A stretch of DNA of 64,000 nt from Podarcis filfolensis. Lineage: Eukaryota. Under the pieces are notes generated by a model. It searched no databases. It was not told the origin of the DNA and saw only the letters and a program-made list of their open reading frames with translations. The stretch lies in the NCBI GenBank assembly GCA_964270895.1, contig OZ185435.1. One strand, given 5' to 3'. Every line of letters starts with the position of its first letter. Position 1 is the first letter of the stretch. Positions 13,158-26,210 of the stretch are shown here, one piece after another. The position numbers and the translations under genes were made by a program.

Positions 13158-13861
13158 ATGCTTCCCTTCTCTAGGATGTTTTTACAGCTAGAAACTGTGG
13201 CTGTGCAGCGAAGAGAGGAAGGGTGGCAAATTGGGAGGAAATTTTCCCTCAATGCTATGTGTACGTTGGATATGTGAACCTGACATGCACACCGTGGTTC
13301 TGCTGTTCAGTGTTCACCAAGGTGTGCATGCCAAGCCCAAAGAGAACCCTGGAAGAGCCCTCCTTCCACAAAAGCAGTGGAAGCAGCAGTGGCGGACCTA
13401 CATCTTTAGGGCCCTGAAGCTTGAACTGTTATGGGGGCCCCTTCACAACCAGCAGCAAGTTCTGGGTAACCACTGTTATCTTCTTCAATTGGGTTGTTCC
13501 ACGACAGTGAGGAATGGGAGGACTTCAGATCTGGTGAGTGCAAAGCTTCTCCTTACATTCTCCAAGTATGCTCCCTTTTTGCCATGATCACTGTTGGAGC
13601 ACAACAGTGGAATGGCAAGGGAAACAGATGTTTCTATTACCACATTGAGAACAGACTTCCCCTTTTTATGAGACAGAGAGTTCTCAAACCATTCTTGTAC
13701 AGGCCAGATGATAAAATTAGTTCAATAGTAATAGTTATCAGTCAGTCATAGATAATAACCATGGTTTATTAAACTGAGAACTAGCTTTGATTCTACACAC
13801 TCTGTCCTTGCCTCTGGCCTTGACACTTTAAGTTATGGTTCTTAAACCACAGTTTCCTATT

Positions 13862-14092
13862 CAGGGGTTCCAACTTGAATAAAATACTGAGGAGAGGCCC
13901 TACTTGATCAAACACAAAACCTAGTGCATGCACACCATTTGAAACCCAGATGGGTGAGTATAAATGAATTAATAATAATAATAATAATAATAATTTGAAT
14001 GGTAATGCCCATCAACCTTGGGGGTGCGACCCCCTCAAATATTTTTTTTGGGGGGGCAAAGGAACCTCTGCCTCTAGGGGTTGGCTGCTATG
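13862..14092. mobile_element. hAT-type MITE with internal (AAT)n
   Basis: 8-bp TSD ttcctatt at 13854-13861 and 14093-14100; degenerate TIRs. Confidence 0.75.
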
Positions 14093-14344
14093 TTCCTATT
14101 AACACCTGAACCAGGATTCAGCTCTGATTAAAAATCAGGATGTCAAACCAATATCAGATCTGAGTTTCAGATCCTGGTTTATAAACAGAGCTTATGGCAC
14201 AGCTTTCCAGTTCAGGTGTAATGAACTGGAAGTGTTGAACTAATGTGCAGGAGCAAAGGGAAGGTGAACCTGCAGGCATAATGCTTGTCTTGCCCATCTA
14301 ATGAAATTGAACTAGACCACCAGTATGCAGATCAGTTTCCCTTA

Positions 14345-14453
14345 GACTGTGGCCCTTCAGATATTTTGGACAGCTCCCATAACCCCTGACCATTGGCATG
14401 CTGTACACGGTTGTAGTTCAGAACATCTGGAGTGCGCCAGGTTGGGGGAAGGC
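14345..14453. mobile_element. Short palindromic MITE-like repeat
   Basis: tggcccttcagatattttgga...gaacatctggag; same family as 4295. Confidence 0.55.
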
Positions 14454-14811
14454 TGAGATAGACCATGGGAGTTAGCAAAGTGAAATGAAGAACACTAATT
14501 GGCTTCTGGCATGGAAGATGTCTGGAAAGGAAGGCCTCTGTTAAAAGTATTCAGCACTTTTAATGAAGAACAGATTTGGCAGTTTTAGTGATATTAAGCT
14601 GATTTACTATACAGGACAAATCTGAAATTTTTCCACTGGAGAAGTTATATGATGAATATGACAACCACAGTTTGTCAATTTTATTGAATGCATTTTGAGT
14701 GATGTTTGGTAATGAAAAGTCTTGAATGTAATAAGACCATCCAGATTCACCCCTACTGCTGCAGACCAACCTTTTGTTTTTCTGCTTGTATTTTGACTGT
14801 AATCCTCATGC

Positions 14812-14813
<2 letters not shown>

Positions 14814-14850
<37 letters not shown>
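14814..14850. repeat. (GT)n microsatellite
   Basis: Direct. Confidence 0.97.
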
Positions 14851-14855
<5 letters not shown>

Positions 14856-15260
14856 GTGGGCTTGTGTTCATCATCCAAGTTACCAGCCTTCATGTGGTTA
14901 TCCAAAAAACATAGAATTTATGGACATACCATCTCCCCATACAATCAGCAATTTTGCAAAAGACAAGAGTCCTTCACTGTGCATATATTTGTGTGCATAA
15001 CATTTGTTCAGATTTTCAGCTCAATATGTAGAAATTGCAGCTGGAATCAGAGACAGCCACAATTTATGCCCCCCTCAACACATTTAATATAGGTTGACGG
15101 CTGTTTGAACAAAGCTACTAGCTTCTCCATTTCCCCATATTTTTCAGAAAGAACTCTGGTCCTGTAGAGTCATGTGCCTCTGCCTTACGAAGATGTCTTC
15201 GGGGAATATCAATCAATAAAAATGCCTATTTTAAGATCTAAATATGATTTGGAATGTATA

Positions 15261-15586
15261 AAGGTAAAGGTGACCGACTCTGGGGTTGCGGCGCTCATCT
15301 CGCTTTATTGGCCGAGGGAGCCAGCGTACAGCTTCTGGGTCATGTGGCCAGCATGACTAAGCTGCTTCTAGCGAACCAGAGCAGCACATGGAAACGCCGT
15401 TTACCTTCCCACCAGATTGGTACCTATTTATCTACTTGCACTTTGATGTGCTTTCAAACTGCTAGGTTGGCAGGAGCAGGGACCAAGCAATGGGAGCTCA
15501 CCCCGTCGCGGGGATTCGAACCACCAACCTTCTGATCAGCAAGTCCTAGGCTCTTGTGGTTTAACCCACAGTGCCACCCACGTCTC
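15261..15586 (-). mobile_element. Sauria SINE with a small deletion near the tail
   Basis: Sauria body; 12-bp TSD ttggaatg(t/c)ata at 15249-15260 and 15587-15598. Confidence 0.93.
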
Positions 15587-16230
15587 TTGGAATGCATACC
15601 TAGAGGTAAAATAATACAAATAAATAAAATTTCTTCATTGAAACCTGCTTTTTTAAAAAAAATTAAAAGCCAACTAATTAATGAAGAAACAAAATGGAAC
15701 AGATTCAAGAAAGAGCACTTGCAAATGGGACCTAGGCCGGAAATAGACTAATCTAGCCTTCCTTACATTCTTTATTTTTCTGTTGCGTGCGCACACACAC
15801 ACACACACAACTCTTAAGGGGGGGAAATATCATTGAAAGATCAGGACATGACTAATGGATGCCTGGAAAAGAATAAGTGCAGTGTTTAGCCTGTGAGATT
15901 ATTTATTGACTAGACGTTTCTACCATAGTCTATTTTTGATTGACCTTTTGTGAAATAAAACGATTGCTTTAAGTCTGTCACTATGTTTATGAGGTTTTCG
16001 TCCCAATGATTAATGGCTAAGGAGGGCAAAAGAGCTGTTAAAGGTTTATACCATAAAAAATCTACTTAACTGTTCATTATATAAACTTATGTTGATATAT
16101 AAAATCTGCAAACTGTACTTTTTCCTTGGGCCCAATTCAAGAGACTTTTCTGGCAAAGCTGAAATTGGCCAAATGACACAAGAAAGCTCTTCATACAGTT
16201 GGTTTCCCATGTTGTATGCATGTCTTGCTA

Positions 16231-16445
16231 GATTGATATCCTGCCTTTCGACCAAGGACCTCAAGGAGGTGTGAATGGTTCTCCTCCTATCCATTTTTAT
16301 CCTCACAACCACCCTGTGAGGTAGGTTAGGCTGAAAGGCAGTGACTGCCCCAAAGTCAACCAGTGAGTTTTATGGAATTGTGACTGAGTGGGGATTTGAA
16401 CCCTGGTGTCTGAAGTGCTAGTTCAGTACTCTAACCACTGCACCA
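16231..16445 (-). mobile_element. Older MIR-like SINE
   Basis: cctcacaaccaccctgtgaggtagg...gggatttgaaccc...ctctaaccactgcacca. Confidence 0.8.
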
Positions 16446-16632
16446 TGTCAGGTATTCAATATATAAATCGGGACCAAATGTCTCTGGCTGTTGAGCTGCA
16501 TACAGGAATATTTTGGAGCCTGCTACTCCATGTTCCTGGAATCAGCTTGCACAGCATCCCTGCACACAATGGCACCATTACTCCCTAAGCATGTGTCATT
16601 GGCTTTTCTGTGACAAGGCAAATATGGTCAGG

Positions 16633-17112
16633 TGTCAGGGTTCAAGGAATCGGCTTCCTCCCCTTTGGCCATAAACGAGCAGATCAAATGAAAGGAATTC
16701 TGACCAATTAGTTTCATTAATAAACACAGTGAAGGACAAAAGAAAGCGTCAACCCAGAATGGCGGTGCTCCCAATTAAGGTTTACGCCCCTCCATCCCTA
16801 TTAATCTACGTCTTGTAATCTGAGTTTGTACCCTCTGCACTTTCTGTTCTGAGACTTTCTGAGCTCTTCTTGACCTTGGACTGGGCGGAGGAATGCTGTC
16901 CAGAGACTGTGAATCTGTTAACCCTCTCTCTTCCAATGTTTCTTCTCCTAGCTGTTCCCCATCCAGTATTTCCCAGCTTCGGCCTTCTGAACTATGCCCC
17001 ACTGCAAAACACTGTTCCAAATCTATGCCGTCCTCCTGCTCCTGGGAAGATTCAGGCTGGTGGCTCCCACCTTTCCTCCTCAGTGCAGCCCTCCTCAGCA
17101 CGGTCCCTGACA
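16633..17112 (-). mobile_element. Solo LTR (probably Gypsy/Ty3-type)
   Basis: TG...CA ends with 8-bp inverted termini TGTCAGGG/CCCTGACA; perfect 5-bp TSD tcagg at 16628-16632 and 17113-17117. Confidence 0.88.
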
Positions 17113-17544
17113 TCAGGTGAATGTTGCTGCCCCACTGCTGCATCATTAAGAAATGAGCTGATTCCACAGAAGTTGTATAGGAAGTTCTGAGACAAACCAA
17201 GGGAAAGAACTGCAGGTTCACCGTGCTTATAAGCCTCTTCAAATATATTTGAGGCTGAAGGAGCTCTTGATATGATAAATGCTGAGTTTAACAAAGTCTT
17301 TCTTCACCTGGAATGTAACATTTATCTCTTGTGGGCTTCCCATTGTGCCCTGGTTGGCCACAATGGGACCAGGATGCTGAAGCAGATGGGCTTCTTTCCT
17401 GGTAAGAGCAGAGCTCTTCTTACATTCTGTGAAACAGTGATAACCCAACCAAATTCAATGATCTGAAAACTGTGAGCACTAGACAGGTGTCTTGAAGATG
17501 CTGGAGAGAGAAAGGAAGGACATATGGAAGACAGGAAACCACCT

Positions 17545-17718
17545 TGAACTGAACCAGACCATAGCTTCATCTAGCTCAGCATTGTCTACACTGACTGACA
17601 GCAGCTTTCTAGGATTTCAGATGGGTCCTTTCCCAGCTGTAACTAAAGATGTCATCTGGAATTAAACCCGGAACCTTCTGCATGCGATGCAGATGCTCCC
17701 ACCTACAGCCCTTCCCCA
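17545..17718 (-). mobile_element. tRNA-derived SINE with CR1-like 3' part
   Basis: catctagctcagcattgtctacactgactgacagc...attaaacccggaaccttctgcatgc; relatives at about 6755, 20868 and 47670. Confidence 0.7.
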
Positions 17719-18429
17719 AATGGTTTTAGACTTCGTTAGAATATACAGTGTGTAAAATAGACCTGCTAGGTAGTTCACCAGCATGTAGAGCAGGTGGGGT
17801 GAGGGTGTTATATTTAAATGAGGACAGAGTACATTGGACAGGAATTGATATGATTATGCTTCAACTGATGACTCATAAATAATGACACCATCTAATGCTC
17901 ATGAAGCAAAAACTGATGACAGAAGTGGGAAGATGGCAATCAATACCACTGGGAAAACAGCCGAGGAAAGCAAGTGTGCTCTTGTAAGCAAAGGAGATGT
18001 GAAAGGGGTGGCAAACTAGAGAAGGCAGCTTATTTTAATGTATTTGTGGAAGAAAATGTCTTTGATAGCTGACTGGGGCAGAAATGAAAGGAACATGAAA
18101 GCGTTCGGAAACTTCGACAGTTAAGCAAACCAGTAAATTACACAGATCGATGCTGAGAAGAATCACCTGATTATATTAATAAATTAAATTACATAGTCAA
18201 GTGTGCTTTTTTAATGTTGATAACTAAACAACATGCAAAAGGGACAACAGTCATACACCGAGGAATGTTTTATGCAGAATATTTTATCTCATATGGTGGT
18301 GGGTGTTTTTATGGAGCAGTGAAGAGTCCCCCACATGTGCGTCCCTCCCCAACATTTTAGTTAGTTTTTGAAACCTAAGACTAACTCTTAACAAAATTAA
18401 ACGTATTCTCTCCCCACCCCTAAAAACAC

Positions 18430-19095
18430 TGAATTGGCTCCAGACATCCCATCTGCAGATGGAAAGGCTTGAGCTGTCCATGGAAGGCTTTTAATCCAGT
18501 GGCGAGATCCTGCAAGTTGGGGAGATCCTGCAAGGACTGCTGCTGCTGTTGCTGCCCAGGAAGACTGCCTGCTGAGGGCCTGGAGGACCCTGCCCTTGCC
18601 TCTTTCCACTTGGCTTGGGGTGGAGCATCACAGGCTTTGCAAGGACTGCAGCTGCTTTTAAACTGTTTAAATTTTTTTCTGTGTTGTTTTAAATGAGACC
18701 ATCTTGGCTGTGAGCCCTGGAAGACCTGCACCCTGCCTTGCTGGCCCTTTCCCATCTGGCCTGGAAGAGTGGAGTGCTGACTGACTCCAGCTACAAAAGC
18801 TGAAGCTGTTGAACAGATTCTTGGGCTGGAGTATTGTTTACAGGGAGTTGAGAGAGCTTGTTGCTGTTATTGATATTATTATTGTAACTTCAGTTTTAGA
18901 TCTTATGATTTACGTGGAAATTGTTTCCATTTGGTTGTGTGTTTTTTGATGTGTTTTCTTTATTTTTTATGACTTCTGTTGTGTTTGTAACTATGTAAAT
19001 CTTGTCATGTTGTAAGCCGCCTTGAGTATAGTTTCAACTATGGAAAGGCGGCAGACAAATAAAATTATGGTGATGATGATGATGATGATGATGAT
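18430..19095 (+). mobile_element. L2-like LINE 3' end with long 3' UTR and (GAT)n tail
   Basis: Decayed ORF end (aaggcttgagctgtccatggaaggctttt), terminus tgtaagccgccttgag...aaaggcggcagacaaataaaa, then (GAT)n. Confidence 0.55.
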
Positions 19096-20867
19096 ATCTC
19101 TTGCCCTTTCCCCAGCCCCCAGTGCTACCTTCTACACTGTCCTGGGGGTTCTGCATACATTTTCAAAGAAGACAATGCACTTATTCAATCATAAGGCAGA
19201 GGATGATGGAGCAAGTGAGTAGTTATCAAGTGATGTGCACATGCATCTCTGAATCATTTTTAATACCACTTTTTTGACTGCTGTCAAATATTCTGGAACT
19301 CTAGGGAGAACCTGGCAGGAAACATTCCTCTTGTTTCTTTCCCCTAAACAATTCTTCAATTAGAAGAAGGTTATTGTCCTTAATACGTTTCTGACTTCAC
19401 CCTGCATTATTATTTTATCCTCCATGCTACAATGTTATGTTCCCTGAACCTGACTCCCAGTGAGAAATATGTGACTGATTAACAATATCATCCTTGTTTC
19501 TTATCTTTCCGAAATTGGACATATTAGATTTTGAGCATGCAGGGGAATTGAGTTACAGATGTCCTCTGTAATGCTGGGAAGATTAATGTACAGTGCTGCA
19601 TCTCTGACTATGGGAGTTCCCAGTGGGCAGCAGGATGGGGAAGTTCGGATATTTTGTTATCTGGAGTCATGACATTATGTTCCATTTCCATGCGCTGTGC
19701 TGTGATGCAGAGTCAGTTACTCAAAGAGAACTTTTCTTGCAGGGGAGATGAAGTACCTGAAAGTAAAACTAATTTGCTGGCAATGAAGCAACTCAGAAAT
19801 ACTTTCTTAGGGAAGTTGTGTTTCTCAAAATTACATTGTAAGCCAGCGAGATGACAGAAACCAGAACACAGCAGGCAGATGTTAGCCTGTGCATGCCTCT
19901 GAGGTCTGCGCGTGCTTCTGAGAAAGCAGCCTGCTTTTGGTAATTGTTACACCTGCTGTTAATTTGCCATCGCTGCTCCCTTTTCAAATGCCGTGGTAAA
20001 TACAATTTGGCCCTGTGCTGTGCATTTGTACAGCTTCACTTCATAAGACCCTTTTTTTAAGGTGTGAGGGAGAGTTATTTTTTGGCTGGCAAAAGTTTGC
20101 ATTTTGCAATCATTCTTCGACGTGGAATGATACTTTCAACTTTTTATTTTTTTAATTCCTAGGGTTTTTCAAATGATGTTTACCTTTGTTCAAATAGCAT
20201 TAATAAGCAGATAAATTTTGATACATGTCTGTAATTTATCTCTTGGATGGGATAGACAAGATAAATATACAATGACACCTTTTCTGTTTACTTTGACTGT
20301 TTTGAGGAGAAAATGCTGTGGCTTGTCAGGGAGATTCAGAAGGTTAATTCTCTTTTATGCTTTTATTTGCATTATTTTATTCAGATTTGCATAAATACAT
20401 TTTATCCCATCTCCCATTTACATTTTTCATTTAAGTGTTTTCTAAAAGAGGAACAATCTGAAAGCAGCCTGTTGTGATCTGCCAGGTAAATTGGTCATTT
20501 TAAGTTTGTTCATGTTGTAGCTTTTTTGGGGTCTGAGGTAACTTTTATGGATGTCGCTTTGTGTTACTTTCATAATATAAACGTTGGTTTTGTGACGAAC
20601 CGATGAAGAAATACAAATAAATGAATCTACTGCTATAATGTGTTCACAATACAATGCCAACCAAGTGATTCCTGCAAAAGGACACTTTGGCCCTATATTT
20701 CCCCCATATTTTTCAAATGGGCAATGTTGCTTTATTTGCATGCCATTTCAGGACTCTAAAGCTTATTTAAGTTGTGGAAGCCAGTCTGTCATTAACTTGA
20801 GCTGCATCAACAGAATATACAGCCCAGGGGTAGAGCTATTGCTTTGAATGAAGAAGGTCACAAGCTT

Positions 20868-20999
20868 GGTCCATGACATCTCTAGGTAGGACTGGGAAAG
20901 GCTCCTGACTGAAACTCTGGACTGCTACTGCCAGTCAGTGCAGTAATACTGAGCTAGATGAACCAATTGTCTGACTTGGTATAAGGCAGCTTCCTATGT

Positions 21000-21000
<1 letters not shown>
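20868..21000 (+). mobile_element. 3' part of the tRNA/CR1-tail SINE
   Basis: ctgccagtcagtgcagtaatactgagctagatgaaccaa...ggtataaggcagcttcctatgt. Confidence 0.65.
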
Positions 21001-21050
<50 letters not shown>

Positions 21051-21452
21051 TTATTATTTGTACCCCGCCCATCTGGCTGGGTTTCCCCAGCCACTCTGGG
21101 CGGCTTCCACAGAGACCAAAAATACACTAAAATGTCACACATTAAAAACTTCCCTGAACAGGGCTGCCTTAAGATGTCTTCTGAATGTAAACAAGGTAGT
21201 TGTTTATCGCTTTGACATCTGATGGGAAGGCATTCCACAGGGCGGACGCCACTACCGAGAAGGCCCTCTGCCTGGTTCCCTGTAGCTTTGCTTCTCGCAA
21301 TGAGGGAACTGCCAGAAGGCCCTCAGAGCTGGACCTCAGCGTCCGGGCAGAACAATGGGGGTGGAGACGCTCCTTCAGGTATACTGGGCCGAGGCCGTTT
21401 AGGGCTTTAAAGGTCAACACCAACACTTTGAATTGTCCTCGGAAACGTACTG
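21001..21452 (-). mobile_element. Young L2 LINE 3' fragment with (AAT)n tail
   Basis: Minus ORF 21169-21426 VLTFKALNGLGPVYLKERL...RAFSVVASALWNAFP (L2 ORF2 end). Confidence 0.92.
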
Positions 21453-21756
21453 TTCCTAATGCTTGCTGGAAACATTATACAGTATACATTTGTATGAAAT
21501 CATGAAGCTTCTGCCTAACACATCTTCGCATATGCATTTGAACCACATGTGATTTTGTTAAATTTATTAATGTGCAGCATAATTCATTATGTCTTTTGTT
21601 GTAAGTGTGTTCTCTTAAATCCAGAAGGGAGCAAAGGACTTTCACTTTCAAAAACAAGATTGGAGGGGGCAAGTCTAGGAGGAGGAGGAGGTGTATTGTC
21701 TCTGCATCCATGACTTTGGAACCAAAATACAGCTATCCTTCGAAATTCACTCTTCT

Positions 21757-22031
21757 GAGAGCCAGTATGGTGTAGTGGTTAAGAGCGGTGGACTCGTAAT
21801 CTGGTGTACCGGGTTTGCGTCTCTGCTCCTCCACATGCAGCTGCTGGGTGACCTTGGGCCAGTCACATTTCTCTGAAGTCTCTCAGCCTCACTCACCTCA
21901 CAGAGTGTTTGTTGTGGGGGAGGAAGGGAAAAGAGAATGTTAGCCGCTTTGAGACTCCTTCGGGTAGTGGTAAAGCGGGATATCAAATCCAAACTCCTCT
22001 TCTTTTAAAAAAAAGAAAAGGGGAAAAAAAA
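21757..22031 (+). mobile_element. tRNA-head/CORE (Squam3-type) SINE
   Basis: Full body; 15-bp TSD gaaattcactcttct at 21742-21756 and 22032-22046. Confidence 0.92.
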
Positions 22032-23281
22032 GAAATTCACTCTTCTCTGAATTTTGTAATGCAAAACAAGGTGTGCAAGGATGCATATATTAGGGGAAAG
22101 TGTATGTAAAAATACATATATTGATGAGAAAAAAACAAGTTATATTATGGAAACGTACTTGCAAAACAGTGTATATTAGTCAAAGCTTCGTACAAAAAGG
22201 TACATTACGTGTTAAATTGCTGTTGAATTTTCATGAGTTTTTTTGTTTTGTTTCTTAGGTTGCAGATTGCTGTGAAAATGTGGAGAACTGAATTTAAAAC
22301 TGGAATAATGAGAAATGGAGAGGAGAAATTGACAGATTTTGCCAGCCCTGCTTCCAAATAAACTGACTTTGGAGTTTAGTGTTAGTTACTTTTTCAAACA
22401 GAAGAAAAGAAGAGACATAGGCACCCTGCTGCAATGTCAGAAAGCAACAAAACAGTTTTCTAGCGCAACCTAAGCATTTTGTTTTCCACCCGGGTTCCAA
22501 TGAGAAAAGAACTGGTTTTGAAATCTGTATCAGTTTGCTATTCCTGCACCTCTGAGTAGATAAAGTAGCCTTTCATGCTACTATATTTCTTCTTATCCGG
22601 CATTGATGTTGTGAGGTCTGAGAATACTGATTTATCTGTTGAAAAGTTTCCATTCAAAGCTGAAATTATACTCAAAGCAGATTAAAGACGAGATGGAAAG
22701 TTTTGGAAATGTGCACAGGGGAATTGTAGCATATGGAAATTTGTTAGCTCATTTCTAACTTGCATGTTTACAAGTTCTTCCTCATTTTAAGATACTACAT
22801 TAACGAAGAAAATGCATGCACAACTGTTCTCATATGTGAATATGAAGTTTCCTTTCAAGGGAGTTATGGATTTATGGAAGCACTGATGAATGAGTACTGA
22901 ATGACATATATGGGGTCAGGTTTTCAAAGATGGGGGTTCCTTAGGGATGCCTCAAAGGTTCAGGTTCATGATACATATTTTCAGTTTCAAAACTACTAAT
23001 GCAGCAGCATTCCCAACCAAACATTTAACAGCTCATTTATTTCTTCTGATCCTGTGCAGCATAAGAAGAAGCAAATTGTTCTCATCTCTGGGTGCAAACA
23101 CTTGCCTTGTTCCAAGACCAATGACACACAGTCTACATGCTGACCTAGGAATAAACTGGGTATAGCGCCTAACAACAGTAGAAGCTGTATATAATTTGTA
23201 GGAAGAAGTAAGAGGGCAGACAGACAGACAGAAGATTGTAATCATTGGAAAGAAATTAGATGGCTGGTAATGGGTTGAAAA

Positions 23282-23627
23282 GGGACGCGGGTGTGTTGTG
23301 GGTTAAACCACAGAGCCTAGGACTTACTGATCAGAAGGTCAGCAGTTCGAATCCCCGCAACGGGGTGAGCTCCTGTTGCTTGGTCCCTGCTCCTGCCAAC
23401 CTAATAGTTCGAAAGCACATCAAAGTGCAAGTAGATAAATAGATACCGCTCCGGCAGGAAGGTAAACGGCATTTCCGTGCGCTGCTCTGGTTCGCCAGAA
23501 GCGGCTTAGTCATGCTGGCCACATGTAGTCATGTTGGCTCCCTTGGCCAATAAAGCGAGATGAGCGCCGCAACCCCAGAGTCGGCCACGACTGGACCTAA
23601 TGGTCAGGGGTCCCTTTACCTTTACCT
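23282..23627 (+). mobile_element. Sauria SINE
   Basis: Full length; 14-bp TSD taatgg(g/c)ttgaaaa at 23268-23281 and 23628-23641. Confidence 0.95.
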
Positions 23628-23936
23628 TAATGGCTTGAAAAGTCAGAAATTGGTAACAGGTATGAAATCAAGAAAAATGAACAAGGAGAAGGTGGGGCTA
23701 GAAAAATGATCATGCGGAAGCACAGGACAGGAAGAGCAGTGTGTTGTTGGCAGGAAGGGACAGACAAAGAAAATGTGGAGGCTATTTTTGAAAGTCAGAA
23801 GAAGCAAAAGTTTTCCAGCTGCAGGTGTCCTTGTACCTGTTAAGAAATACATATACCTTTCCATGTGGTTAGTATGCTCACTGCAGCACCACGGCTAGAG
23901 CATCTTACAGATGCTCAATAGGATAAGATGAAAAGC

Positions 23937-23938
<2 letters not shown>

Positions 23939-23983
<45 letters not shown>

Positions 23984-24371
23984 TTATTATTTATACCCTG
24001 CCCATCTGGGCGGCTTCCAACAAAATATTAAATACAATAGTCCATCAAACATTAAAAGCTTCCCTAAAGAGGGCTGCCTTCAGATGTCTTCTAAAAGTCT
24101 GGTAGTTGTTTTTCTCTTTGACATCTGGTGGGAGGGTGTTCCACAGGTTGGGTGCCACTCCCGAGAAGGCTCTCTGCCTGGTTTGCTGTAACTTGGCTTC
24201 TCGCAGTGAGAGAACTGCCAGAAGGCCCTCAGACCTGGCCCTCAGTATCCGAGCAGAACAATGGGGGTGGATACGCTCCTTCAGGTATACTGGACCGAGG
24301 CCATTTAGGGCTTTAAAGGTCAGCACCAACGCTTTGAATTGTGCTCAGAAATGTACTGGGAGCCAATGTAC
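23939..24371 (-). mobile_element. Young L2 LINE 3' fragment with (AAT)n tail
   Basis: Minus ORF 24045-24329 homologous to 21169-21426. Confidence 0.92.
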
Positions 24372-26105
24372 ATAATGTACAGCCACATATATGTCGTAGG
24401 TCAACATTGCTTTTGTCAGGTGTGTTTCGGTACAGTTCCGTTATTTTTTGCTGCCATTTCATACTGCATTGACATCATAGCTGTAAAGTGCTGACTCACT
24501 AGGCTGGATGTGGAAGCACATGTCTGTTTTCAGATAGGGAAAAATGTTTACTAATATTGTTTCCCAATGGAGTGAACAGAAACCCTCCTTCTTAATTGAA
24601 GCAGCCAGGCATCTACAGTGAATAGGGAATGACATTCCAAAAGCAACAAATTTGTTTTTGTAGACTTGCAGTAATGCAACAGGAAAAGTTTCAGTTGGTT
24701 AAGATTTAAATAATCCATCAGAATATGGCTGGGGTACTGAGCATGATTTCATTACAGAATGTCACTTGGTTTTAATAGAGGACATGACACCCATTCCTTC
24801 TCCAAAGTTGCAGCCTCTGTGCATGGAAAAATACAATTAGTGGACAGCCTATGGAAATAGTACAGGGAGTACAAGAGGATTTTTTATATGAAATGGCCTG
24901 ATTTGAAATTTCTCAGGAAATAATTTTCTAACATTAAAAAAAAATATTGGAGGAGAATTGTAGTCATTCCAGGACTTTATCGCCTACATATCACACAATG
25001 GAAGCAGAACATTGGAACAATTGCTTTATCTGACAAACTAACTAAGAGAGTATACACTCTGAACGATTTAGTTGAAATATGGTAGTCCTTTATAAAATAT
25101 TCAGATGAACACCTTCATGGCTGCCATTCCCCAACTACACATATAGACATGGGGAAATTTGATGTGTTAGTCTATTCTGCAGGAAGGGAATTGGGAAACC
25201 CATTGTTTTGATAATGTTTATGTTCCTGTTTATAATTCTTCCCCTTGAAAATAAAAGTTTTAAAGAAGTCAGTTATATCTGGTAAAATGGTATCAGCGCT
25301 CACAGTGCAGAGAATTTGGGGAGGCTATTTTCGCTCACTGCATGACTCCCGTAATTTCACCCAGCCCTAAGCAGTCAAGCTAGGGAAATTCGATTGAGTA
25401 GGAGTAGCACAAAGTGCACACAGAGTTGACTTACTCGGTGCACTTCCTGCTCATGCACCTTATCAACATGCCAAAGAGGAAGGGAAGGAGCAGAGCTCTG
25501 TGGAGCTCTATGGGGATTCTTCTACATGCAGCTGTGGCGGCACCTACATAGGAAAAGATTGTATACAGAGGTTTTAACATCTCCAACACAAGCAGAGTAA
25601 CCAAAAGAGTACTCTGCATACAGTGGAGTTATTGAGAGCTGTGCTAGGAACGCAATAACAGCAACCCAATTTCTACTGTGTCGTATAATTAATTAACAGT
25701 TCTCATGGGCAAGCAGGCTCGCACATTAGAATTCAGGAGGCATTTCCAAAACCATCTTATTCAAACTGTGCTGTCTCTGAATGTCTTTGCTCAAAGGGGG
25801 AAAAAATAAATTAAAAAACCCCACTCTGCTTTTTTTTTTTTAAATCACTAACAGGTTCCTGCCTAGTCAGTGGCTGAAAAGTAACACAATTTATTCACAC
25901 TGTCTGAGTATCCTGCAGCAGCAGACCTTCTTAGAAAGAGTCCATTGTTTATTACTGCTCTTTCAGTATAACCCAGAATAAGAATAATAAAAGATTGGTC
26001 TTATTGCCTTTTTTGATGTAGCTTTGTACCAAATGTAAGGAGCATGTGTCTTCACCTCAAAGAGCCTAGCTTCTATGGAATAATTGTGATCTGGATGGAT
26101 AGAGT

Positions 26106-26209
26106 GGATGCCGGTGGCGCTGTGGTCTAAACCACTGAGCCTATTGGGCTTGCTGATTGGAAGGTCGGCAGTTTGAATCCATGCAATCGGGTGAGCTCTC
26201 GTTACTCTG
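26106..26209 (+). mobile_element. Sauria SINE 5' fragment
   Basis: ccggtggcgctgtggtctaaaccactgagcc...gagctctcgttactctg; ends abruptly at a MITE. Confidence 0.85.
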
Positions 26210-26210
26210 A

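Noticed and set aside
13508-13533. 26-nt segment between cag and a GTGAGT donor (EEWEDFRS)
   Set aside because: Weak acceptor, not frame-preserving, and no other support.
21757-21830. tRNA-like sequences with A/B boxes
   Set aside because: They are SINE heads continuing into SINE bodies, not free tRNA genes.
22240-22360. Strong plus-strand acceptor (tttgttttgtttcttag) followed by a short frame (MWRTEFKTG...)
   Set aside because: No matching donor or recognisable peptide; T-rich tracts are common here.
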